From positions 1,780 through 65,779 of the forward strand of contig CAMHRP010000020.1 of NCBI GenBank assembly GCA_946187645.1: a stretch of DNA of 64,000 bases, given 5' to 3'. Both the position numbers and the translations under genes were made by a program. Of this stretch, positions 35,418-43,606 are shown piece after piece. This DNA comes from an uncultured Bacteroidales bacterium. GTDB lineage: Bacteria; Bacteroidota; Bacteroidia; Bacteroidales; F082. The notes under the pieces are model-generated. The model was not told the origin of the DNA. It did no database searches and was given only the letters and a program-made list of their open reading frames with translations. Every line of letters begins with the position of its first letter. Position 1 is the stretch's first letter.

Positions 35418-35999
35418 ATGAAAAAAACAGGAATTATCATCGCCATCATTGTGGGTGTCATCCTCATTTGGGGCATCGGTGCCTACAATAGTTTCGTGAA
35501 GAAACAGGAGGCCATGACCACGGCTTGGGGGCAGGTGGAGAACGTCTACCAGCGCCGTGCCGACCTCGTGCCTAACCTCGTCTCCGTGGTGAAGAACTAC
35601 TCGGAATACGAGCAAGGCACCTTGATTGCCGTGACCGAAGCCCGTGCCCAGAAAGCCGCTGCCACCACGGTCAACATCGAGAACTACACCGAGAGTGAAC
35701 TGAAGGACTTCCAAGCCACACAAGACGAATTGGGCGAATCACTGAACCGCCTCATCGTCTCCATAGAGAACTACCCCGACCTGAAAGCCAACGAGGAATA
35801 CCTCACCTTGCAGGCGCAACTGGCGGGCTGCGAGAACCGCATCCTGACGGAACGCAATCGTTTCAACGAAGCCGCCAAGGCTTACAACCAAAGCATCCGC
35901 AAGTTTCCAGGCAACCTGATTGCCAACATGTTCGGTTTCGAAAAACGGCCTTATTTCGAGGCTGACGAAGGGGCCAACAGGGTGCCGGAAACGTTTTGA
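35418..35999 (+). CDS. lemA: LemA family protein
   Basis: N-terminal TM helix, YNSFVKKQEAMTTAWGQVENVYQRRADLVPNLV, RNRFNEAAKAYN. Confidence 0.9.
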   Translation: MKKTGIIIAIIVGVILIWGIGAYNSFVKKQEAMTTAWGQVENVYQRRADLVPNLVSVVKNYSEYEQGTLIAVTEARAQKAAATTVNIENYTESELKDFQATQDELGESLNRLIVSIENYPDLKANEEYLTLQAQLAGCENRILTERNRFNEAAKAYNQSIRKFPGNLIANMFGFEKRPYFEADEGANRVPETF

Positions 36000-36021
36000 G
36001 CGGCTCTTACATTAAAACAGA

Positions 36022-36060
36022 ATCGGGCGGAATCCTAATGGGTTTCGCCCGATTTTTTTT
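36022..36060 (+). terminator. intrinsic terminator after lemA (last core feature before the island)
   Basis: ATCGGGCG-loop-CGCCCGAT followed by TTTTTTTT. Confidence 0.8.
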
Positions 36061-36198
36061 CAAAAAGTTTGACTGCATTTGAAAAAACAATTTGTCAAAT
36101 CACCGCAATTTGCGGTGCAAATGAAGATTTTTCGCCGCATAGTCACAGACAATCCGCACCTTCGTCAACGGGCTTTGGAAACCTCTACAACAAGGTAA

Positions 36199-37473
36199 CT
36201 AATCTTTCAAACACCCGATAGGCACAACAAACACTCCGTCTTCACGGCGGTAGGCATACATTCCCACGCCCACCAGCACCATCATGAACGACGGCTCTTT
36301 CATCTTCTCCGTGTCAATCTTACCCGAAAGATTTATCAATGATGCTGCACCTTCATTGATGAGGTCGTCGCCACCCAGCTTTATCTCAACCAGACCGTAA
36401 CGGCCATCCCTCAAATGTACAACTGCGTCACATTCCAGCCCGTTCTTGTCCCTGAAGTGATACACCTTGCCATTAAGAGCCTCGGCATAAGCTCGGAGGT
36501 CTCGCACAGCCAGCGTCTCATACATCAAACCAAATGTGTTCAAATCGTTTACCAAGTCTCGAGGGCCTATGCCCAATGCAGCCGTGGCAATCGAGGGGTC
36601 GGTAAAATACCGCGTGTCGCTCGTCCGTATCGCCGTCTTGCTCCGCAAGTTGGGATTCCATGCCTCGCTGTCCTCAACCACAAAAATCTCTTTCAATGCC
36701 TTGATGTACGATGCGATGGTGTCTTCCGACAAAGCGTCCGACTCATTCGCAATCATGTCTGCCCTGATGGTGCCGCACGATGCTTGGCTGCCTTGGTTTC
36801 GCGCCAGTGAGCGCAACAGGCGGTGAACCCTAACGGGGTCGCGATCCACACCGTCCACCTTCGAGATATCACGTTTCTCTACCGCCTCCACGTAGTCAAA
36901 CGCCTGGTCTAAAGCTATCTCGTTTTCCATCCCCACCGCCAATGGCCATCCTCCGCGGCAGGTCAAGAATGCAAGCTGCTCAATGGACATGTCGTTGACA
37001 GCACCAATCTGTTCGGGTGACTCGAACAATTCAGCCAGTGACACCTCGCCGGTCGATTCTTGCGACTCCCAAAGGCTCATGGGGCGCATCCTCAGCCACC
37101 CAATGCGTCCTGTTCCCGAGTGAACCACCTTACTCATGTCGGCTGGAACGGCTGAGCCAGTCAGAATAAACTGACCCAGCGGGCCGTGGTCTGATTCAAA
37201 ACGAATGCTGTCCCACAACTGAGGGGTAATTTGCCATTCATCAATAAGCCGGGGAAACTCACCTTTCAACAGCAGTTTCGGGTTCAGCGATGCCATTTTG
37301 ATGTTCTGGTCAACCATACCAGTTTCCGTCATATACTTCACACTCTTGGCAATCTGCTCCGCCGTAGTAGTCTTTCCGCACCATTTGGCACCTTCGATAA
37401 GCACAGCCCCTTTGCCTGCCAACTTACGCTCTAACAGCCTGTCAGCTATCCTTTTTTTATAGGTCTTATCCAT
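36199..37473 (-). CDS. AAA+ ATPase with C-terminal DUF4143 (COG1373-type ATP-binding protein), paralog 1
   Basis: VLIEGAKWCGKTTTA Walker A and the C-terminal ECDAVVHL...GLVEIKLG nuclease-fold-like motif. The start is set at MDKTYKK after the -7 box. Confidence 0.8.
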   Translation of the reverse strand: MDKTYKKRIADRLLERKLAGKGAVLIEGAKWCGKTTTAEQIAKSVKYMTETGMVDQNIKMASLNPKLLLKGEFPRLIDEWQITPQLWDSIRFESDHGPLGQFILTGSAVPADMSKVVHSGTGRIGWLRMRPMSLWESQESTGEVSLAELFESPEQIGAVNDMSIEQLAFLTCRGGWPLAVGMENEIALDQAFDYVEAVEKRDISKVDGVDRDPVRVHRLLRSLARNQGSQASCGTIRADMIANESDALSEDTIASYIKALKEIFVVEDSEAWNPNLRSKTAIRTSDTRYFTDPSIATAALGIGPRDLVNDLNTFGLMYETLAVRDLRAYAEALNGKVYHFRDKNGLECDAVVHLRDGRYGLVEIKLGGDDLINEGAASLINLSGKIDTEKMKEPSFMMVLVGVGMYAYRREDGVFVVPIGCLKD

Positions 37474-37496
37474 ACTTTTTTGTTTGAATTGCGTTG

Positions 37497-37504
37497 CAAA
37501 GATA
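37497..37504 (-). promoter_or_regulatory. -7 box (TATCTTTG on the minus strand) for ATPase paralog 1
   Basis: Reverse complement of CAAAGATA, 23 nt upstream of the ATG at 37473. Confidence 0.5.
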
Positions 37505-37521
37505 TGGATTTTCTTTTTGCG

Positions 37522-37586
37522 TTCACCCGTTTGGCTAAAATTCATTCACCTGTTTGGCCAAAAATCATTCACCCATTTGGCCAAAT
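37522..37586. repeat. three tandem 23-bp repeats, each carrying a TTTGGCCAAA-type palindrome
   Basis: TTCACCCGTTTGGCTAAAA / TTCACCTGTTTGGCCAAAA / TTCACCCATTTGGCCAAAT at 37522, 37545 and 37568, just upstream of the ATPase promoter. Confidence 0.8.
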
Positions 37587-37790
37587 ACCGTTCGCCCAAA
37601 GAGGTCGCACCTTAACCCGATTCAAGTTTTGCAAGCCCATTTTATTTGCCCAATGTGGCGTTGAAGATGTCAGCCTGTCGCTATACCGTTCCTCGCTGAT
37701 GAGGTTGCAGAACTCGATGTAGTCCATACGGAAGTTGTCGAATCGTTCTCTAATTGACAATCCTTTGCCAAACATCAGCAGTCCGGCCAT
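37569..37790 (-). pseudogene. possible remnant of an AlbA_2-type (Schlafen-like) gene
   Basis: The 73-aa ORF starts MAGLLMFGKG, resembling the AGLMYFAK segment of the 41341-42801 protein. The rest is not convincing. Confidence 0.25.
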
Positions 37791-37902
37791 CGTCAGGCCC
37801 TTTTTGCCTGTGAGTTGAATCTGAGTCCTACCCCCTTTAAATACCGAACGCTGTTTTCTCGCATATTTTTGTAAATCAACAAACAGATTTCAAAAAAAAC
37901 AG

Positions 37903-37910
37903 TAATTTTG
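37903..37910 (+). promoter_or_regulatory. -7 box (TAATTTTG) for the Panacea pair
   Basis: TAnnTTTG 25 nt before the ATG at 37936. Confidence 0.5.
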
Positions 37911-37935
37911 CAGCGTGACAGTAATAAGACAATCC

Positions 37936-38532
37936 ATGATTTCGAATTTGGGATTACAGGTAAATGCAAACAAGATAGGTGCATTGCTCGAATATATCTG
38001 CAGCCAGATGCCGCAGATTCATTTGCGCAAGTTACTGAAAGTAATATACCTCATGGACGAGAAATCCGTGCAGATGCGAGCCATTCCGCTAACATGGCTT
38101 GACTATTACGCATGGAAGAAAGGTCCTGTGGCTCCAAGCATTTATGAAGTCAAGGATGGCGCTTTTGCAAATTTTGTGACATGTGTCAAAGAAGATGATG
38201 GCAAATGGCATGTGTCTGCCAACAAGACGAATCCCTACGCTATCGACCAAGATTTGAAGGGCTTTAGCGAATACGAAATGGACATCATCAATAGTGTGAT
38301 TGCCTATTGTAAGGACAAGTCAGCCGATGACTTGACTGACGAGACGCACAGCGAAGACTCGTTGTGGTCGCAAACAGTGTCGCAACATCATATCACTTTC
38401 GATGAGACTGGCCGTTCAGAATACCCGATTTGTCTTAACGACTTGAACGATGCCGAAGGAAAGGAAATCTATGCTGAAGCATTGGATAGCATTATGATGC
38501 AGGCTTCTCTTAATTCGGCACTCCATGTTTGA
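37936..38532 (+). CDS. Panacea (DUF4065, SocA/GepA-like) domain antitoxin candidate
   Basis: LRKLLKVIYLMDEKSVQMRAIPLTWLDYYAWKKGPVAPSIYE and FSEYEMDIINSVIAYCKDKSADDLTDETHSEDSLW match the two conserved blocks of DUF4065. Confidence 0.8.
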   Translation: MISNLGLQVNANKIGALLEYICSQMPQIHLRKLLKVIYLMDEKSVQMRAIPLTWLDYYAWKKGPVAPSIYEVKDGAFANFVTCVKEDDGKWHVSANKTNPYAIDQDLKGFSEYEMDIINSVIAYCKDKSADDLTDETHSEDSLWSQTVSQHHITFDETGRSEYPICLNDLNDAEGKEIYAEALDSIMMQASLNSALHV

Positions 38533-38995
38533 ACCCGGCACTGTCACATACGGATTTGCCAAAAACATAAACAATCCCAAATACAAATACGCCATCAGCA
38601 TATTTAGGGATGAAGATGTGCAGGTTGTCATTCATTTCACGACCAGCCAAAGACGTGCAGGTGTCCCCGACAATCAGATAAAACACGGCATCAACCGTGA
38701 CGCAGACGGCCAAGTGGTGTCGTATGTGTTTGAACCCGAAGTAGAGATTGGTGACATTCCAACGGGCGGTCGTTTTTGCTTTCCTGTCCGCACGGTCATG
38801 CAGTTCGACTATGGCTTTCTACGCGGCGATGACTGGAGCTTGCAGCAACAGTTTGACGATTTGGAAGTCAAATGTCATTTGGACAGAGAAGAGTACCTTA
38901 ATCTGGTCTACGCCATGTATTGCAGCAAGCGCACACCGACCGAATACAAGCCTTACTTGGAGAAGGTGCTTGAAGAGGCGTATGGTTCTAAATAG
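38525..38995 (+). CDS. hypothetical protein, candidate cognate toxin of the Panacea antitoxin
   Basis: 156 aa. The start overlaps the upstream stop by 8 nt (ATGTTTGA). No motif I recognise. Confidence 0.6.
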   Translation: MFEPGTVTYGFAKNINNPKYKYAISIFRDEDVQVVIHFTTSQRRAGVPDNQIKHGINRDADGQVVSYVFEPEVEIGDIPTGGRFCFPVRTVMQFDYGFLRGDDWSLQQQFDDLEVKCHLDREEYLNLVYAMYCSKRTPTEYKPYLEKVLEEAYGSK

Positions 38996-39044
38996 GCAAT
39001 GTTTTAAGTAGTTGATTGTTATATTTGGGATTGGCGAATGGTGT

Positions 39045-39178
39045 TTACTTCTTAATCCCATACTTCCTGTTTTTATACTCCCCTTCCACCTCAAGGATGC
39101 CTTCGTCCATGAGCTGTTTGTGATGGTCATTTTCTCAGGCTTCTCTCCGTTCATCGAAGCTATCAGTTCAAAAACCAA
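39045..39178 (-). pseudogene. internally deleted copy of the small wHTH gene (copy 1)
   Basis: It starts MVFELIASMNGEKPEKMTI (compare MVFEPIASMNEEEPDKTTI at 41274). The HTH-coding middle is missing, and the 3' end (CTTCTTAATCCCATACTTCCTG...) is homologous but out of frame. Confidence 0.6.
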
Positions 39179-39262
39179 AAGCCTTAACCCTTATGCCCAA
39201 TCCGAAGATAAAACGACTTATACTATCCGCATTTTCTAATACTTTCAATATGCATAATGCAT

Positions 39263-40612
39263 TCAAAGCAGAGGCGTCATATATAAAGGAAGATACACGA
39301 TGCCTTCTTGCACTTTCAGGTCTGATGTGTGAAGCACATAGGGTGTTGCAACCTGTTTCGAGAATTTGTTGATGAACTTTTCTAACGAGGTGGTTACATA
39401 ACGGTTGGTTGATTTAACTTCTATCGGACAGATATTGTGCCGGTTGGTGAGGTCGGGTTTGGGAATGAGGAAATCGATTTCCATGCGGTTTTCAGCCGAC
39501 TTACGGTCCGAGTTGGAGTAGAAATACAGTTTGTGACCCGAAACGCGCAGCATTTGCGCCACCAAATTCTCAACCAACATTCCCTTATTGATCTCCAATT
39601 TATTGAGAATAAGCTTTCTATATAGCTGGTCTCTGGCGAGTATTCTCTCGTCGAAAGCGTGGGAAACCAGCAGTCCTGTGTCGCCGAAATAGCATTTGAA
39701 GGTGGTACGTTTGCGGTTGAGTCTCAATCCAATGTCGGGTGCTGTGGTATTGTAGCACAGGTTGACTACGCAAGCATCGTTAAGCCAAAAGAAAGCATCT
39801 TCATAATCCCTCATCCGAGCGCCTTTTTGCAGGGATGCCAGCTTGAATTTCTTCTCGTGTTGCTGCAATTGTGCAGGTATTTCGTCAAATATGCTCGTCA
39901 CTTTCGACTCGGCTTTGGTGGCATACTTGCTGATGTCGTTGCGATAAAGCTGAAGGATGCCACGCTTGGTTTCGTCAACAATGTCAAAATCCCTTGTCTC
40001 CACAAATGCCTCCACGGCTTGGGGCATTCCGCCCACTATCATGTATTGGCGGAGATAGTCTAACGTCTTGCGGTGCAAGCTGCCCATGGGTTCAAGGCGG
40101 TCGAATTGCCGACGTATGAAATCCATAGTCATATCATCGCCCAAAGCCCACAGAAACTCCTCAAAATCCATGGGAAACATCTCAATCCGTTGTTCCTCGG
40201 AGGGAATCACGATGTCGATCACGTTTTTCTTGATAGAAACTAGCGACCCGGTTTCGATGAAGTCGTAGCGTCCGTCTTTCACCAAGTATTTGATGGCGGC
40301 TCTCGCTTTAGGGTATTGCTGAACCTCATCGAAAATGATTAGCGATTCGCGCGGGTAGAGCCTAACTCCAAAGTATAAGGAAAGACGCAGGAAAAACTCG
40401 TCACGGTTTGGAAGGTAATGTTCGAAGACATTCAGCAGTTCCTCGTCCATGTCGTTAAAATCCACAAGGATATAGGACTTGTATTCGTTTTTTCCGAACG
40501 CATCCACAATATAGCTCTTGCCGATGCGCCTTGCGCCTTCAATCAACAATGCAGTCTTTCCTTGTTTTTCGTTTTTCCATCGCAGTAGCTCCTGGTAGAT
40601 TTTTCTTTTCAT
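39263..40612 (-). CDS. AAA+ ATPase with C-terminal DUF4143, paralog 2
   Basis: LLIEGARRIGKSY Walker A, IIFDEVQ Walker B, C-terminal EIDFLI...ICPIEVKS motif. Confidence 0.8.
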   Translation of the reverse strand: MKRKIYQELLRWKNEKQGKTALLIEGARRIGKSYIVDAFGKNEYKSYILVDFNDMDEELLNVFEHYLPNRDEFFLRLSLYFGVRLYPRESLIIFDEVQQYPKARAAIKYLVKDGRYDFIETGSLVSIKKNVIDIVIPSEEQRIEMFPMDFEEFLWALGDDMTMDFIRRQFDRLEPMGSLHRKTLDYLRQYMIVGGMPQAVEAFVETRDFDIVDETKRGILQLYRNDISKYATKAESKVTSIFDEIPAQLQQHEKKFKLASLQKGARMRDYEDAFFWLNDACVVNLCYNTTAPDIGLRLNRKRTTFKCYFGDTGLLVSHAFDERILARDQLYRKLILNKLEINKGMLVENLVAQMLRVSGHKLYFYSNSDRKSAENRMEIDFLIPKPDLTNRHNICPIEVKSTNRYVTTSLEKFINKFSKQVATPYVLHTSDLKVQEGIVYLPLYMTPLL

Positions 40613-40628
40613 GACAATCAGCGTTTTG

Positions 40629-40715
40629 CACCTTTTCAAGAGATAAACAAACCTATTTTATACACCTTTTCAAGAGATAAACGAGGTTGATCCTACACCT
40701 TTTCAAGGGATAATC
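40629..40715. repeat. three direct 20-nt repeats (CACCTTTTCAAGRGATAAHC) spaced 33-34 bp apart
   Basis: Copies at 40629, 40663 and 40696, immediately upstream of the ATPase paralog 2 start (40612). Confidence 0.8.
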
Positions 40716-40998
40716 GGGAGCAAAGAAACAAAAAATCCTGGAATTTTGTGATTTTTTCGCCTCAAAACAACGGAATTTTGTGAAATGACCATTTGATGCC
40801 AAGGTTGTTCCGCCTTTTTGCGATTATTATTTATGTCAGAAAACGGCAGGTATCAACGCGGTAATTTGCCGCCATTTTCGCGCTTATTTGTCCACGAAAC
40901 GCTTTTTTTTTCATTTCGTGGAGGATTATGACGCACTATTTTGTCCAAAGTATGCCAATTGTAGAGGGGCGTAAATGAAAATTTTTCGCCGCATTATC

Positions 40999-41274
40999 TT
41001 AAAACACGACTTGCTTAATCCTATACTTCCTGCTTTTATACTCCCCCTCCACCTCAAGGATGCCTTCATCCACGAGTTGTTTGAGATAGTCGCGGGTCCT
41101 TGAGGACTTGAGTCCGATGGCTTTCGAAATGGATTTTGCGTCAGAAATCACGTTATCGGCGATAAAATTGATGATTTGTCGCCGATTTTCTTCATTTCGA
41201 TTTCGATTTTTGGATTTTATGGTCGTTTTATCAGGCTCCTCTTCGTTCATCGAAGCTATCGGTTCGAATACCAA
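40999..41274 (-). CDS. small winged-helix transcriptional regulator (intact copy 2)
   Basis: 91 aa. RRQIINFIADNVISDAKSISKAIGLKSSRTRDYLKQLVDEGILEVEGE is a wHTH pattern. Confidence 0.7.
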   Translation of the reverse strand: MVFEPIASMNEEEPDKTTIKSKNRNRNEENRRQIINFIADNVISDAKSISKAIGLKSSRTRDYLKQLVDEGILEVEGEYKSRKYRIKQVVF

Positions 41275-41340
41275 ATACTTGCAGAATGGGCACGAAAAGC
41301 TCTATTATGCATGTCCTTTTAAGGCTGCAAATATATTTTT

Positions 41341-42801
41341 TCAATTATGGTCACCTATCACTTCCCAATGTCCATTCTTGCGGCCACCAATACGCTTCAA
41401 CACCCTATATTGCTGCAATCGACCAATGTTGTACTTAACACCATCCTCGGTAATGCCGTCGATAGCCTCAGCCACTTCCTGTCGGGTTGCTGTCGGATGT
41501 TCTTGCAGGTATTTTAAGATTTCCTTTTGGGTAGTTGTCAAAGGCTTTTGGGTAGTAATTTCGCTCTTTTGGGTAGTGGATTCATCCTTTTGGGTAGCGG
41601 AAATCAGCTCTTCATTGGCCTTTTGGGTAGTGGTTTCGTCCTTTTGGGTAGTCCTCCAAATGCGAGCAATGAACTGATTGCCGTCGGGACGGTCTATCAG
41701 TTCCACGTCACAATTCTCAGCCATCACTCGCGGAATGCCCGAGCCAAGTCCCCTGTAGGGCATCGTCTTGGATCCAAATTGTGCCAGTTGGGGATTGCGT
41801 GGGTCTGAATTGCCGAGCAGGATTTCATCTATGGTTTGTCCGTCTGGCAAACAACCAGGATTCACAATCTCAACCCTGTTGTCAAAGACAAGCAACCTAA
41901 TGGCTGCTGGCTTTAGAAGGTCCAGATGCACCAATGCGTTCTGGACAAGTTCTTGCAATACCACCTCTGAAATCTCCAAATCTCCTTCGCTGTTGAATGA
42001 CTGGCCATTTTGCGGACGGCTCAAACAAGACTTCAACCATCGCATTGCGTCCTCATACATCTCAGGGATGGTTCCCGTAATGTCGCGACTGTCACGATAA
42101 TGTGTGCCACCGATGTGATTCCCCACAAACCATACCGCTTTGATGCAATGTTGGGGACGAAACATCTGAGGCTCCTTGGCAAAATACATCAGTCCTGCAA
42201 TGGTAAGCCGTCCAAGTTCATCTGTGATGTGTGCATTCTTCAGAATCGTTGGGACTGGGATATTGAACTCGTCAACCCTCTTTCCGAAAACCTTGTTGAA
42301 GTATTCGTCAAGAGCCTTTGTGTCAATGTCAGCCTCGCTACTACCGTCAACACCTTCCTCGTCTGCCTGGTATTGATGTGACTTCTGGAAAAGCCTGCGA
42401 ATCTCGGCGTTTTCCGTAACACGACGTTTGTCGGCGCCTTGCTTTACCCAGATATTACCTGACAAATCTTTGTATGGCTTGTAATCACCACTCTTCACGT
42501 AGGCCACCAGATAGGCCTGTCCATCATGTTTCAGTGTTTCAGTTTCAATATAGATGGTCGGCCTCACATGGTCATTGGCAGTATTGCCCAATTCGCGTGA
42601 AGTATATTGCAGCTGTTCGTAAGTGAGTCCCACCATTCTGCCTGTCTTATCCTCGGCACCAAACACAATGGTGCCTCCGTGTGTGTTGGCAAAAGCCACC
42701 AACTCTTCTGCAATCTGTTTTGGAGTGGTGAATTCCAACTTAAACTGCACAGTGGTGTTTTCACCCAAACTGCATAATTCAACAAGTTCTTGCTCTGTCA
42801 T
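41341..42801 (-). CDS. AlbA_2 (Schlafen-like) plus HATPase_c_4 plus C-terminal wHTH protein (the type often annotated RecG-like ATP-binding protein)
   Basis: N-terminal ENTTVQFKLEF...ELVAFANTHGGTIVFG, central ELVQNALVH...NPG, a TTQK repeat linker, and C-terminal ILKYLQEHPTATRQEVA. Confidence 0.75.
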   Translation of the reverse strand: MTEQELVELCSLGENTTVQFKLEFTTPKQIAEELVAFANTHGGTIVFGAEDKTGRMVGLTYEQLQYTSRELGNTANDHVRPTIYIETETLKHDGQAYLVAYVKSGDYKPYKDLSGNIWVKQGADKRRVTENAEIRRLFQKSHQYQADEEGVDGSSEADIDTKALDEYFNKVFGKRVDEFNIPVPTILKNAHITDELGRLTIAGLMYFAKEPQMFRPQHCIKAVWFVGNHIGGTHYRDSRDITGTIPEMYEDAMRWLKSCLSRPQNGQSFNSEGDLEISEVVLQELVQNALVHLDLLKPAAIRLLVFDNRVEIVNPGCLPDGQTIDEILLGNSDPRNPQLAQFGSKTMPYRGLGSGIPRVMAENCDVELIDRPDGNQFIARIWRTTQKDETTTQKANEELISATQKDESTTQKSEITTQKPLTTTQKEILKYLQEHPTATRQEVAEAIDGITEDGVKYNIGRLQQYRVLKRIGGRKNGHWEVIGDHN

Positions 42802-42914
42802 ACGATTCCGATTTCTGTTTTTCAGCCCACAAAGTTACAACTTTTACACAAACCTGTCATTTCGTGGATTAAGTAGATGAACATATTTAGTTTACACAAA
42901 AGGCAAGAGGATTT

Positions 42915-42990
42915 GGCAGTCAGCGGTCAGCCATCAGCAGTCAGCCCTAGTGCTACCAAGCTGATAGCTGACGGCTGATAGCTTACAGCC
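42915..42990. repeat. long imperfect hairpin with heptamer-repeat arms (CAGCNGT units)
   Basis: GGCAGT CAGCGGT CAGCCAT CAGCAGT CAGC ... GCTGATAGCTGACGGCTGATAGCTTACAGCC, about 24 of 31 positions pairing. Confidence 0.7.
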
Positions 42991-43067
42991 AAGTTAATTT
43001 TAAGCGATTAATTACTTCCAATTACTTTTCAGCAACTCTACACCAAATTCCCATCCAATCCAGCCAT

Positions 43068-43310
43068 TCACTTCTTAATCCTATACTTCCTGTTTTTATA
43101 CTCCCCCTCCACCTCAAGGATGCCTTCCTCCACGAGTTGTTTGAGATAGTCGCGGGTCCTTGAGGGCTTGAGTCCGATGGCTTTCGAAATGGATTTTGCG
43201 TCTGAAATCCCGTTATCGGCGATAAAACTGATGATTTGTCGCCGATTTTCTTCATTTCGATTTCGATTTTTGGGTTTTATTGACGTTTTATCAGAATGGT
43301 CTTGTAGCTT
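43068..43310 (-). pseudogene. 5'-truncated copy of the small wHTH gene (copy 3)
   Basis: The frame is intact from ..KPKNRNRNEENRRQIISFIADNGISDAKSISKAIGLKPSRTRDYLKQLVEEGILEVEGEYKNRKYRIKK*. There is no in-frame ATG, and an upstream in-frame stop sits near 43313. It is nearly identical to copy 2 at the DNA level. Confidence 0.55.
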
Positions 43311-43598
43311 TTAATTGTGGTGCAAAGAAAAAAGACAAAAACGTATAGGGTCTCGTTTATATCAAAAGTTGGGATTCTCAATAAAAAACGAAGCCCCCCC
43401 TGGTGCGCTGAACTAATGGGAAGCGAGGGAGGTCATATTAAATGCAAAAATATACATAAAACCACACAAACAACCATAAATGACATTTTTTTGTCATTTT
43501 TCGCCATCAAATTTCACTATTTGAAATGTTTCCCCATCTATCCCATGCCCCTCCGCATGTGATTTTTTATCCTTTTCCATTTTTATTCATATTTTCCC

Positions 43599-43606
43599 TA
43601 TCTTTG
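43599..43606 (+). promoter_or_regulatory. -7 box (TATCTTTG) about 270 nt upstream of the SNF2 gene
   Basis: This is the only TAnnTTTG box I found between 43320 and 43875. It is followed by the inverted repeat CTTGTCTT...AAGACAAG. Confidence 0.4.

Noticed and set aside
43317-43562. An 81-aa ORF upstream of the defence operon.
   Set aside because: It lies in an AT-rich promoter-like region with an implausible composition, no start context, and it overlaps a hairpin (AAATGAC-N-GTCATTT).
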